Shown: positions 30,469 to 39,816 of the stretch, one piece after another
How the letters are laid out: each line of letters opens with the position of its first letter
How positions within the stretch are numbered: position 1 is the first letter of the stretch
Source: an uncultured Rhizobium sp.
GTDB lineage: Bacteria; Bacteroidota; Bacteroidia; NS11-12g; UBA955
Reading direction: 5' to 3'
Assembly: GCA_964408945.1 (NCBI GenBank)
Contig: CAYPBJ010000005.1
Span: forward strand, 7,186 to 71,185
Length of the DNA: 64,000 nucleotides
Notes under the pieces: model-generated
Told to the model about the DNA's origin: nothing
What the model saw: the letters and a program-made list of their open reading frames with translations, nothing else
Database searches by the model: none
Position numbers and translations under genes: made by a program

Positions 30469-31746
30469 TTAGTGCATTGCAGCCTCAATTTCCTCTACTT
30501 CAATGGGGAAATTTGCCATCAAATCTATCACGTTTCCAGTGTTCACAATGACATCATTTTCAATTCGAACTCCAATGCCTTCCTCAGGAATATAAATTCC
30601 AGGCTCAATGGTAAGCACTGACCCTTCTGGTATGGGTTCGTATCTATGCATCACATCGTGAACATCTAGCCCCAAATGATGCGAAGTTCCGTGCATGAAA
30701 TATTTCATGAAGGCTTTGGGATTGTCTTTTATTTCTTGGGACGTAAACAGCCCCAATTCAACTAACTTTTCATTGGTGAAATTGCAAACTTCTGCATGAT
30801 ATACCGGCAAAGAAACACCCGGTTTGATGATGGATCGAGCGAATTTATGTACGTCTAATACAGCATTATAAACTTGTTTTTGACGGGAAGTAAATGTTCC
30901 ATTTGCAGGAATACATCTAGTCAAATCACCATTGTAATTGCCATATTCCGCTCCAAAGTCTAACAACAATAAATCACCGTCTTTTACTTGTTTATTGTTC
31001 TCAATGTAATGCAATACGCAAGCTGAACTACCTGATGCAATTATAGGATCAAAGGCAAATCCGCGACTTCTATTTCTAACAAATTCATGAATCAATTCGG
31101 CTTCAATTTCATATTCCCAAACGCCAGGTTTGATAAATTTTAAAACTCGCATCAATCCTTTTCGGGTAATTTCTACCGCTTCTTTTAGCATGTCAATTTC
31201 TTCGGGCGCCTTTTGCATTCGTAACTTTGACATGATTGGTGTGCTTCGTAGAAATTGATGTGCTGGATATTTTGCTCTGAGTTGATGTGTGAAGGTTAAG
31301 TTGGAATAGGCAACATCTGATAAAAATCTATCATTTTCATTCAAATTCACATAAATGTTTTCAGCCATCAAAATAACCGAATGAATGGTTTTCCAAAATT
31401 CATGAAACCAAAAAACAGAACTTATACCAGACTTTTCAAAAACTTGAGTAGGGTTTAATCTAGCGCCATCCCAAACGGCAATTTGCTCATTTGTTTCTTT
31501 CACAAAAATGGCTTCTTTAAACATTGGGTTCGGGCATTCAGGAAACAAAACCAAAATGGTATCTTCTTGGTCTACTCCGGTCAGATAATATAAATCTGAC
31601 TGTTGTCTGAAGCTGAAAAAAGCATCTCCATTTCGAGGCATTTCCGCATTTGAATGAAAAACTGCAATAGAACCTGGCTTCAAGCTTGACGACAGTTTTT
31701 GCCTGTTTTTAACGAACAGTTCTTTCGAAGGAGATTGGTATTTCAT
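30469..31746 (-). CDS. Xaa-Pro aminopeptidase (M24B family)
   Basis: It has an aminopeptidase P N-terminal domain plus an M24 catalytic domain (DFGAEYGNYNGDLTR, HGTSHHLGLDVHD, TIEPGIY, RIEND). The start is trimmed to Met63 (MKYQSPSKELF), because the extension overlaps the divergent adhesin promoter. Confidence 0.88.
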   Translation of the reverse strand: MKYQSPSKELFVKNRQKLSSSLKPGSIAVFHSNAEMPRNGDAFFSFRQQSDLYYLTGVDQEDTILVLFPECPNPMFKEAIFVKETNEQIAVWDGARLNPTQVFEKSGISSVFWFHEFWKTIHSVILMAENIYVNLNENDRFLSDVAYSNLTFTHQLRAKYPAHQFLRSTPIMSKLRMQKAPEEIDMLKEAVEITRKGLMRVLKFIKPGVWEYEIEAELIHEFVRNRSRGFAFDPIIASGSSACVLHYIENNKQVKDGDLLLLDFGAEYGNYNGDLTRCIPANGTFTSRQKQVYNAVLDVHKFARSIIKPGVSLPVYHAEVCNFTNEKLVELGLFTSQEIKDNPKAFMKYFMHGTSHHLGLDVHDVMHRYEPIPEGSVLTIEPGIYIPEEGIGVRIENDVIVNTGNVIDLMANFPIEVEEIEAAMH

Positions 31747-31803
31747 TTTTTTGTCAATTTGTAGGGCAAATTTATCATTAAGTTCCAACGAATATGAATA
31801 GGT

Positions 31804-31836
31804 TTTGGAAAAAATGATGAAAAAAATGTACTTTTG
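31804..31836 (+). promoter_or_regulatory. Candidate promoter (-33 TTTG, -7 TACTTTTG) for the 1544-aa type-B CTD protein
   Basis: TACTTTTG at 31829-31836, with TTTG at 31804-31807 lying 21 nt upstream. The ATG is at 31889. Confidence 0.35.
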
Positions 31837-31888
31837 GGGCAACGCGAATTTTAAAGTTCGTGTCAAAGAAACAATCATCAAAATCAAT

Positions 31889-34800
31889 ATGAGAAGATTT
31901 TTACCCTTTTTATTCGCCGTTTTATTTTTCATCGGTCCAAAAACATCAAATGCATCTCACATGATGGGTGCTGACATGAGTTACAGATGTTTAGGAAACG
32001 GCAAGTACAAAATTACCTTTAAAATTTACCGCGACTGCCGTGGTATCTCCTTCAGTGGTCCTTCGTTCGGAGCATATGCTGGTCTAAACGGTGGTAATGG
32101 TTGCGGAAGCGTATCTTTAGGCGGAGTAACTAGAACGGGTATCAGAGATGTAACAACTCGTTGCTCTTCAGCAACAAGTCCATGTAGCCCCTCAAACACC
32201 TACGGAACCGGTAAAGGAGTAGAGGAACATACATTTGAGGTTACTATTGACTTTGGTTCTTCTCCATTGAATCAGTTTGTAAATAAAAGTTCATGCTGTG
32301 AAGTAACCTTCTACACTGGACAATGTTGCAGAAATGGTGCGATTACTACAGGTGCATCTAACCAAGACTTCTACACTACCTGTATGATTAATATTTGCAA
32401 CATTAAGAAAACAACCAACAAATGTAACAGTAGCCCGCAACTTTCTAACGAGCCTGTGGGATTCTTGTGTTGTAACACACCTTGGTACTACAACAACGGT
32501 GCGATTGATACCGTAGATTTTGACTCTATTTCATATAATTTAGTTAAAGGTTTGCGCGGATTGCCAAACAATGCAGTACCGTATTCTTCTCCTTTTACTG
32601 ATCAATATCCAATTACTCCTTTCTGTATTCCACCAACCACCATCAAGTGTGACCCTAGACCCAATTTAGTTCCTCCTCGCGGATTTTACTTTGATACCAC
32701 TAACGGTGATATCATTGTAACCCCAACCAAATGCGATGAGGTTCCTATCATGGTAATCCAGCAAACGGAATGGCGTCAAGACAGTGCTACCGGAAACTGG
32801 ATTGTGGTAGGTAGAACGCGACGTGACATGCAAATGTGGGTTTTAGATGAGTGTGGTTATAACAAGCCTCCTATCATCAATGGACCCTTCTCTTGGAATA
32901 TTTGTGAAGGCGACAAAATTTGTAAGAAAATTAAAATTACTGATGAGACCTTTACACCCAACCAAAAAACTCCTGACACAGTTCTGGCAAAATGGAATGG
33001 TGGTATCCCAGGTGCTACATTCACGGTTGTAGATCCAACAAAACGAGAAAAAGAATACGAATTCTGTTGGCAAACCAAACGTGGAGATGCTTCTGAAGTT
33101 TCTTATTCTTTCACTGTGAATGCTACAGATCAACACTGTACCCCTCCAATGAACTCTATCCGAAGCTTTAAAGTGAAGGTAAATCCACGCGCTGAGGCAG
33201 TGAGAAAATACGATACTCTTAAATGCGGTAGGTTTGCCTTTACCTCAGTCTTGCCGGCGAATTTTAAGAGTAAGGCTACATATTTATGGAGTGTCAGAGA
33301 TTCCAGTGGTCGAGAGTTAAAATACAGTACTAAGATGTCTGACTCAATGAACTATTATTGGGGTGGTAAATACATCTTTGTTCATACCATTAATAATTCA
33401 TTTAACTGCCCAACAGTGTATGCCGATACTGTTGAATTCCCTGCACCACCTAAGGCGGTGTTAGCAACTGCAGACACATTTGCGTGTTTGAATACAAACA
33501 TGACTTTGAAGCCAAACATTCTCAATGCGAAATCTCCTTACAGATATTATTGGACTCGTTGGAAGATGACCGCAGACAGTACCAAAAAGTCATACACTAT
33601 GTCTAATGAGCTTCACGTGAGTGGTGATACTCTTCAAACCATGAAAGTAAATAAGGTGGTTTCAGATTCAATCATTCGCGTTAGAATTACTGATGGAGAT
33701 GGTTGTAAGTTTTGGGATACTGCTGTAATTTGGTTAAAGCCTTTACCAAAGGTAGACTTGGGTAAAGATCAAAGAATCTGTACTTATGAAATTGCAAAAT
33801 TTGATGCACAAAATAATGATACATTAGATTATTTCTGGAGCTCAGGTGATACTACTCAAGTTGTTTATAAGAATGTTGCGGGCCAATACACTGTTAAATT
33901 AGTTGAAAGAAAGTTTAAGTGTGAAAGAACAGACACAATAAATCTTTTCGTAAATGACACAGTCATTGCAATTGCTGGGGCAGATCAAGTGATTTGCCAT
34001 CAAAAGTCAGCAACCATCCAAGGGCAGCACAAACCTTACAATCAAACGGCTACATACCAATGGAAAAATATCACACAAAGTACCACACTAGGTGCAAACT
34101 TTGAATATGTAGTTTCTCCTAAAAACACCAATTCAAATGGTGGTTCTGCCCAGAACTTTAATTATCAATTCTATGCGAAAGTGACTCAATCAGGACATAC
34201 CTGCGAGGATTATGATACTATGACCATTAAGGTTAATACTTTGCCAATTGTTACATGGACTAAAAAGCCTTTGCCTCCGCAATGTTATGACTACGGAGAT
34301 ATTGAGCTCAACAGTTTCTTGAATGTAGGTAAAACAAACGGTGTAAGAATGTGGTCTGGTACTTTGCAAAAGAAAGATCAGTATGTAGATAGTATAACCA
34401 CTACTCGTCATCTATTTAAAACGACTTTACTTGACAATTCCAAACTTCAAAATGGTCAAAATTATCAAGCTAAAGTTTACGGTTGGTTCAAGGATACCAA
34501 TGGTTGTGTGAATTATGATTCTGCTATTCAACGTATCAATGGTAACCCAATTTTACAGTTAACACCAAAAATTTATTGTCAAGATTTGGGTGAAGCTTCT
34601 ATGGATAACAACGTAGTCCGTCCGAAAACAAAAGCGGGTATAAAATGGACTTGGGAAGTTAAAACGGTTCCATCAGGTGTTGATGCGAATAATGTTTTAT
34701 ATAACAACAATCCTTTTGGTACGCCTGATTTTCGATTTAAATTTGGCGATCCCACGGAAGATTTTTACATGGGTAGATACCACTACAGTCTATGTATTGA

Positions 34801-36523
34801 GGATGTTATTACGGGTTGCAGAAGTTGCGATACGGTTTCAAATACTATTATTCCAGAGCCTACAGTTAAGGTGTTAACTCCTAATCCTGTTTGTGTGAAT
34901 TGGGATACTATAAATCTGAATGATTATGTTACTGTGAACGGTAAACCTGGAGCACCTGGCGATGGTGGTAAATATAAAATTACCGAAGTTAACTACAGTA
35001 AGACAGACCCAAGAGTAGGAAAAGCACTTCCTAGTGGTCATTTATTTCCACCAAGTTTTGGACCTGGAACCTACAAGATTTTGTATAGTAACGATGGAAC
35101 TGGATGTTTGAAGACAGATTCATTTTACATGTATGTGAATGATACTCCAGATGCAGTATTGTTAGGTCCATTAACATTATGCAGCAATAGCACTCCCTTG
35201 GAACTAAATACTCGTATTGATATGAGTAAAACCAAACCAACTTCAGGTATCGCTACTTGGGAGGGAATAAACTTGAACGGATCTAAATTTAATCCTGTTT
35301 CAACCTATACTTCAGCATTAGAAGGTCCTTTTCCAATGAAATTAGCTTACAGAGACAATAATGGTTGCGCCGATACAGAAATTTATTATGTATCCGTGCG
35401 AACCCAACCTGAAATAGAAATCACTACAGTTAATCCATATCCACAGTGTGAGAATTCTCCTTTCCCTGTGCAAAGTGTGAGTAAATGGAGCAATAATAAA
35501 GTGAATTGGCAGGTAGTAAATGGTTCTGATGGTACTGTGGATAATGCTTCATCAGAGAATATCGTCTACACTCATGGAACAAACGATGCAACCAATAAAC
35601 AAGCTTTCTTGAAGGTTACAACAGTGCCTTTTGCGAATGATGTTTGTCCTGCCGTTTCAGACTCCATTTTAATCGTAATACATCCTTACCCTGTACTTGA
35701 GCCAATTTCTAAGTTTAATGGTTGTGTACCATTATCAACTGATTGGTTTGTAACAGAGTCTAAAGGCATTCCTCAAAACCAATTGAGTTATATTTGGACG
35801 TTCGGAAATGGTGATACATCATATGTGTCTAACCCATCTGGAATTTTATATCCAACTCAAGGTCGTTACAATGTAAAAGTGACCGTTACCAATAATACTC
35901 CTGATGGCGGACAATGTGCTACCTCTATTGATGGTCCAGAGCATGTAGAAGCATACCCATTACCTGATGCGTATTTTGAAACGGATCCTTCTTATTCAAC
36001 AACCGTTGCATTGCCTAAGTTTACAATGTTGAATAAAAGTACCATTCAAGCGGTACCATTTAACCCAACAATGAGTTATGTGTGGAATTTTGGAACTGGC
36101 AATGCCAATGACACCGCAATGAGTGAAGGACCAAGATTTGCTTACTCACGTGATACAGGTGTATATAGAATTCTACTTACTGTGTATTCAAACCATGGTT
36201 GTGTAGATACTTTCTCACGCAGAGTTCATATTGGTCCTGATATCATTGTATTTATACCAGACGTGTTTACTCCAAATACTGAAGGTCCTAATAAGAATGA
36301 AACTTTCAACCCTGTTGCTACAAACTTCAAAACATTTAATATGTTAGTATTCAACCGTTGGGGTGAGAAGTTATTTGAAACCAATAATCCTCTTAACGGA
36401 TGGGATGGAAGAGATGCTCAAGGTGTAGATTGTCAACAAGGTGTTTATGTATACCACGTTGTAGTTACATCTTTTGAAGAGGTAGAATATGTATTCGATG
36501 GTACCATTACCTTATTGAGATAA
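31889..36523 (+). CDS. Giant Cys-rich secreted cell-surface protein with PKD-like repeats and a type-B T9SS C-terminal sorting domain
   Basis: Signal peptide MRRFLPFLFAVLFFIGPKTSNAS. PKD-like repeats are present (YIWTFGNGDTS, YVWNFGTGNAND). The last 92 aa (36245-36520), FIPDVFTPN...FNRWGEKLF...WDGRD...GVYVYHV, match the gliding-motility-associated C-terminal domain pattern. Confidence 0.85.
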   Translation: MRRFLPFLFAVLFFIGPKTSNASHMMGADMSYRCLGNGKYKITFKIYRDCRGISFSGPSFGAYAGLNGGNGCGSVSLGGVTRTGIRDVTTRCSSATSPCSPSNTYGTGKGVEEHTFEVTIDFGSSPLNQFVNKSSCCEVTFYTGQCCRNGAITTGASNQDFYTTCMINICNIKKTTNKCNSSPQLSNEPVGFLCCNTPWYYNNGAIDTVDFDSISYNLVKGLRGLPNNAVPYSSPFTDQYPITPFCIPPTTIKCDPRPNLVPPRGFYFDTTNGDIIVTPTKCDEVPIMVIQQTEWRQDSATGNWIVVGRTRRDMQMWVLDECGYNKPPIINGPFSWNICEGDKICKKIKITDETFTPNQKTPDTVLAKWNGGIPGATFTVVDPTKREKEYEFCWQTKRGDASEVSYSFTVNATDQHCTPPMNSIRSFKVKVNPRAEAVRKYDTLKCGRFAFTSVLPANFKSKATYLWSVRDSSGRELKYSTKMSDSMNYYWGGKYIFVHTINNSFNCPTVYADTVEFPAPPKAVLATADTFACLNTNMTLKPNILNAKSPYRYYWTRWKMTADSTKKSYTMSNELHVSGDTLQTMKVNKVVSDSIIRVRITDGDGCKFWDTAVIWLKPLPKVDLGKDQRICTYEIAKFDAQNNDTLDYFWSSGDTTQVVYKNVAGQYTVKLVERKFKCERTDTINLFVNDTVIAIAGADQVICHQKSATIQGQHKPYNQTATYQWKNITQSTTLGANFEYVVSPKNTNSNGGSAQNFNYQFYAKVTQSGHTCEDYDTMTIKVNTLPIVTWTKKPLPPQCYDYGDIELNSFLNVGKTNGVRMWSGTLQKKDQYVDSITTTRHLFKTTLLDNSKLQNGQNYQAKVYGWFKDTNGCVNYDSAIQRINGNPILQLTPKIYCQDLGEASMDNNVVRPKTKAGIKWTWEVKTVPSGVDANNVLYNNNPFGTPDFRFKFGDPTEDFYMGRYHYSLCIEDVITGCRSCDTVSNTIIPEPTVKVLTPNPVCVNWDTINLNDYVTVNGKPGAPGDGGKYKITEVNYSKTDPRVGKALPSGHLFPPSFGPGTYKILYSNDGTGCLKTDSFYMYVNDTPDAVLLGPLTLCSNSTPLELNTRIDMSKTKPTSGIATWEGINLNGSKFNPVSTYTSALEGPFPMKLAYRDNNGCADTEIYYVSVRTQPEIEITTVNPYPQCENSPFPVQSVSKWSNNKVNWQVVNGSDGTVDNASSENIVYTHGTNDATNKQAFLKVTTVPFANDVCPAVSDSILIVIHPYPVLEPISKFNGCVPLSTDWFVTESKGIPQNQLSYIWTFGNGDTSYVSNPSGILYPTQGRYNVKVTVTNNTPDGGQCATSIDGPEHVEAYPLPDAYFETDPSYSTTVALPKFTMLNKSTIQAVPFNPTMSYVWNFGTGNANDTAMSEGPRFAYSRDTGVYRILLTVYSNHGCVDTFSRRVHIGPDIIVFIPDVFTPNTEGPNKNETFNPVATNFKTFNMLVFNRWGEKLFETNNPLNGWDGRDAQGVDCQQGVYVYHVVVTSFEEVEYVFDGTITLLR

Positions 36524-36540
36524 ACTAAAATTAGAATAAT

Positions 36541-36573
36541 AAAAAAAGCCACCTCACAAGGGTGGCTTTTTTA
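36541..36573. terminator. Bidirectional rho-independent terminator between the adhesin gene and folC
   Basis: Hairpin agccacc / ggtggct flanked by A7 upstream and T6 downstream. Confidence 0.8.
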
Positions 36574-36590
36574 TTTAGGAAATACGTAAT

Positions 36591-37835
36591 TTAAAAATTC
36601 TTTAAGGCATCTGCCACCGTAAAGGTACTGCCTCCAATAAATATCATTGACCCATTGTTTTTTGCTAATGAAATGGCTTTGTCAATAGCTTCAGGCATCT
36701 GTTGACAATCTTTGGCGTTCAATCCCAATTCAATGAATTCTTGAGTCATTAAATTAGAATCGTATCCACGTTGAACTTCTGGCTTTACAATTAAATAGGT
36801 TGAGTCTTTTGGCAACAGCGATAAAATCTTTTTTCGATCTTTATCTTTTACCATGCCCCAAATGAAGATGATATCTCGGGTATTTTTTAAAGAATTTAAT
36901 TGATCAATAATAAATCTAATTCCATCTTCGTTGTGCCCAGTATCACAAATAATTAATGGATTCTGATTAATGATTTCCCATCTTCCACGTAAACCACTAA
37001 GTTTTACAATATTTGAAATGCCATGTTGGTTTAGAGATTCATTTAAAGAGACTCCCATCGATTTCAAGACTTCTACAGCTGTAAATATGGTTGATATATT
37101 GAGTTGCTGATATTTACCTTTTAATTCAAATTTTTGACGCCACTCCGCAGGAGCATCAATGCTTAAACTAGGGTTACTATCAAATAATTTTGCTTGATTT
37201 AGAATTACATTTAATGCTTCTTTTGGAATGTCGCGCTGAATAACTGTAGGAGAGGGCCCTTTAATAATCCCAGCCTTTTCAGTGGCTATTTGTTCTAAAC
37301 GGTCTCCTAATAAATCCATGTGATCGAAACCAATGGAAGTAATCACCTTTAGATCACCTTCAATCACATTGGTTGAATCCAATCTTCCGCCCAATCCAAC
37401 TTCTATGATACCCCAATCAATTTTCTGTTGTTTAAAATATTCAAAGGCCATTGCAACAGTAATTTCGAAAAACGAAGGCTTAATATCAATCATTAATTGA
37501 CGCACAGATTCAACAAAATCAATCACAAATGCTTCTGAAACGCATTCTCCATCGATCCTTATTCTTTCTCTAAAATCAATTAAATGAGGAGATGTATACA
37601 ATCCGGTTTTGTATCCATTTGAGGTCAAAATAGCCGCTAAACTGCTTGATACAGAGCCTTTACCGTTTGTTCCTGCAACATGTATCCATTTAGTAGACAC
37701 CGTTAAATGAGGATTCCCCAAAGCTTCTAACAATAAAACAGTATTGGTTATGTCTGTTTTATAAGCAGATTTGCCTTCGTTTTGGAACATAGGCAACTGG
37801 CTAAACAAGAAGTCAACAGATTCTTGATAGTTCAC
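36591..37835 (-). CDS. folC: Bifunctional folylpolyglutamate synthase / dihydrofolate synthase
   Basis: 414 aa with the Mur ligase P-loop HVAGTNGKGS and the FolC family layout. Confidence 0.9.
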   Translation of the reverse strand: MNYQESVDFLFSQLPMFQNEGKSAYKTDITNTVLLLEALGNPHLTVSTKWIHVAGTNGKGSVSSSLAAILTSNGYKTGLYTSPHLIDFRERIRIDGECVSEAFVIDFVESVRQLMIDIKPSFFEITVAMAFEYFKQQKIDWGIIEVGLGGRLDSTNVIEGDLKVITSIGFDHMDLLGDRLEQIATEKAGIIKGPSPTVIQRDIPKEALNVILNQAKLFDSNPSLSIDAPAEWRQKFELKGKYQQLNISTIFTAVEVLKSMGVSLNESLNQHGISNIVKLSGLRGRWEIINQNPLIICDTGHNEDGIRFIIDQLNSLKNTRDIIFIWGMVKDKDRKKILSLLPKDSTYLIVKPEVQRGYDSNLMTQEFIELGLNAKDCQQMPEAIDKAISLAKNNGSMIFIGGSTFTVADALKNF

Positions 37836-37844
37836 AGAACCCTA

Positions 37845-38690
37845 TTAATCAGCTATGGTGTTTTTTACGTTCAGAGAAATTCTGCCTGTTTCAGGACATT
37901 TATCTCCAACACGGGTAAAAGTAGTTTTCGAAATGAAATATTCCATGGCTTGCTTTGCATCGGTATCCAAGCCTTGAAAATTGCTGGAAGGTAATAGTCT
38001 CTTGAATCTGGCATTGCCATTGCAATCCACTGTAACTTCAGCATCGATAGTACCTCTTAACTTTTCTTTCAATTCGCGAACATTGCTGCTAACACTGTAG
38101 TTAGCAAATCCAGAAGCAGTAAAAAAGCCATTTCCAGTATTCTTGGTAACGCGAGTACCCCCATTACCTAAAATACCACCTGTATTGGCACCGCCCCCAA
38201 ATCCTACATTGCCTTGTCCACCCTCAATTCCTTTGGGAGATCCATTTCCATCGGTGCCGCGTTTGCCAATTTTAGATTGTAGTCCAGCCAATCGTGAATT
38301 AACTTGAGGAGTTTTACTTGCTGGCGGATCAATAGGTGGTAGTCCAGTTTCAACGCTTTCGTCAGAAGTATTTACAATATCACCATAGCCTCCAGTTTGA
38401 ACTGCGCTTGGTGTGGAAGTTGTAGTAGACGGTTCGGAGGATCCTCCACCCAATTCCGGTGGAAAGTCTGAAGGTCCTCCTTCGTTGGGACTTCCATAGG
38501 AAACTTCTTCAAGTCCAAAATCAAGCATCAATTCACCCGTTTTAGTTTCAAATGGGGGATTGGGCACTCTTATATGGAGCAGGTACATAGCTGCAGTGAT
38601 AATTAATGAAATTATCAAGCTTAATATGGCAGCAATTGTTCGCTGTTGGGTGGTTGTACCCAAACTATTTTCGATAACATACTTCCTCAT
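37845..38690 (-). CDS. Membrane-anchored TonB-like protein (Gly/Pro/Ser/Thr-rich linker, putative TonB C-terminal-like domain)
   Basis: 281 aa with one N-terminal TM (AAILSLIISLIITAAMYLL), a long low-complexity linker, and a compact C-terminal domain of about 80 aa. A position next to folC is common for tonB in flavobacteria, as I recall. Confidence 0.45.
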   Translation of the reverse strand: MRKYVIENSLGTTTQQRTIAAILSLIISLIITAAMYLLHIRVPNPPFETKTGELMLDFGLEEVSYGSPNEGGPSDFPPELGGGSSEPSTTTSTPSAVQTGGYGDIVNTSDESVETGLPPIDPPASKTPQVNSRLAGLQSKIGKRGTDGNGSPKGIEGGQGNVGFGGGANTGGILGNGGTRVTKNTGNGFFTASGFANYSVSSNVRELKEKLRGTIDAEVTVDCNGNARFKRLLPSSNFQGLDTDAKQAMEYFISKTTFTRVGDKCPETGRISLNVKNTIAD

Positions 38691-38700
38691 GGAAATTTAT

Positions 38701-39798
38701 TTATTGAAGGTGAAGATTTTGTACAGAAATACTTTGTGTTGGTTGATCTTTAATACTAACGGCAAAATCGCTAGCATCTTTTTCAGTTTCAAAACGTTTT
38801 AGAATAATTTTGAGTAGACTGCTGTTTTTGACTTTGATGTAAGTCGAAGAATACCCCAATTTTTCCCAATGTTTGCATTCCAATTGAGCAGCACTTTCAG
38901 TCATGTAAGATCCACCCACCACAAAATACCTACCGGCATTTTTAACAATGTTAGATCTATATTCGTCAATAGTAAAAGAAGTTTTTGAAATCGTATCAAC
39001 CGCGCTAGAAGCCGCAATTGAATCATTTTTAACTAATTCTTTTGCTTTTGTGCTGATTAATTTTCCATTCACCATTATAAATTCAGGACCTTCATTGTTG
39101 ACGTTCGGAACTGGAATTTGGCTAGCTGTTTGCTGATTGCTCAATACGTTATTCCAACTTAACGACATTAAATAAATGGCACCTACAGATACACTTAAAA
39201 GGGCAACACTCGCTGCAACATTCCAAAATCTTAAACCCCTATGACGTTCGATGGTTTGATCAAGCAACTCTTCATCAACGCTCACAATTGTTGCGTCTTC
39301 AGTGTGGTTTTCTTCTTGAATTGGAGGCGGTACAATACGGACAGATTCCTTTTTTGTTTCTTGGGACGTTAATTTCACTTCCCATTTCAAGGGCATCAAT
39401 CCAAATGCATGGGCGTGAAGATTCGATTGATTACGACCAACAAAGAAAATTCCCGATGTAGGATTGAAAAAGAAATTCCCTAAGGATCCAAAACTGAAGT
39501 ACTTTTTCTGTATAAGTTGACTTTTAAGTCCGGCAACTTCATCTTTAATTAGCTGAACGGCGTCTTTGTAGGATGAGCCTGTGTGATAAATGACGCATTC
39601 AACTAAAAAAGAATCTTCATTGTTGAATTTTGTGGAGAAGATTAATTGAGAATGCCTTGGCTTGTATTCGCGATTCACAGAATTAGCCGAAGAATCTAAT
39701 TCCCGAAGGGTAAAACTACCCAAATCAGGTATGCTCACGTAATGGTTTTTAGCCAATACTTGAAGTACCCATAATTGAAAATTAGAATTCGACATCAT
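38701..39798 (-). CDS. HU-like N-terminal domain / SPOR C-terminal domain membrane protein
   Basis: 365 aa. The N-terminus (LAKNHYVSIPDLGSFTL) resembles HU-CCDC81-type domains. It has a central TM (FWNVAASVALLSVSVGAIYLM). The C-terminal SPOR-like repeat is YFVVGGSYMTESAAQ...LKRFETEKDASDFA. Confidence 0.6.
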   Translation of the reverse strand: MMSNSNFQLWVLQVLAKNHYVSIPDLGSFTLRELDSSANSVNREYKPRHSQLIFSTKFNNEDSFLVECVIYHTGSSYKDAVQLIKDEVAGLKSQLIQKKYFSFGSLGNFFFNPTSGIFFVGRNQSNLHAHAFGLMPLKWEVKLTSQETKKESVRIVPPPIQEENHTEDATIVSVDEELLDQTIERHRGLRFWNVAASVALLSVSVGAIYLMSLSWNNVLSNQQTASQIPVPNVNNEGPEFIMVNGKLISTKAKELVKNDSIAASSAVDTISKTSFTIDEYRSNIVKNAGRYFVVGGSYMTESAAQLECKHWEKLGYSSTYIKVKNSSLLKIILKRFETEKDASDFAVSIKDQPTQSISVQNLHLQ

Positions 39799-39816
39799 AC
39801 AAATATAGACTCTTTA

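Noticed and set aside
31747-31932. A 62-codon N-terminal extension of the aminopeptidase ORF, and the 28-codon extension of the adhesin ORF (31805-31888), which would make the two divergent genes overlap by more than 100 nt.
   Set aside because: The aminopeptidase family N-terminus starts at Met63, and the adhesin signal peptide starts at Met29. With the trimmed starts, a normal 142-nt divergent promoter region with a TAnnTTTG element appears.
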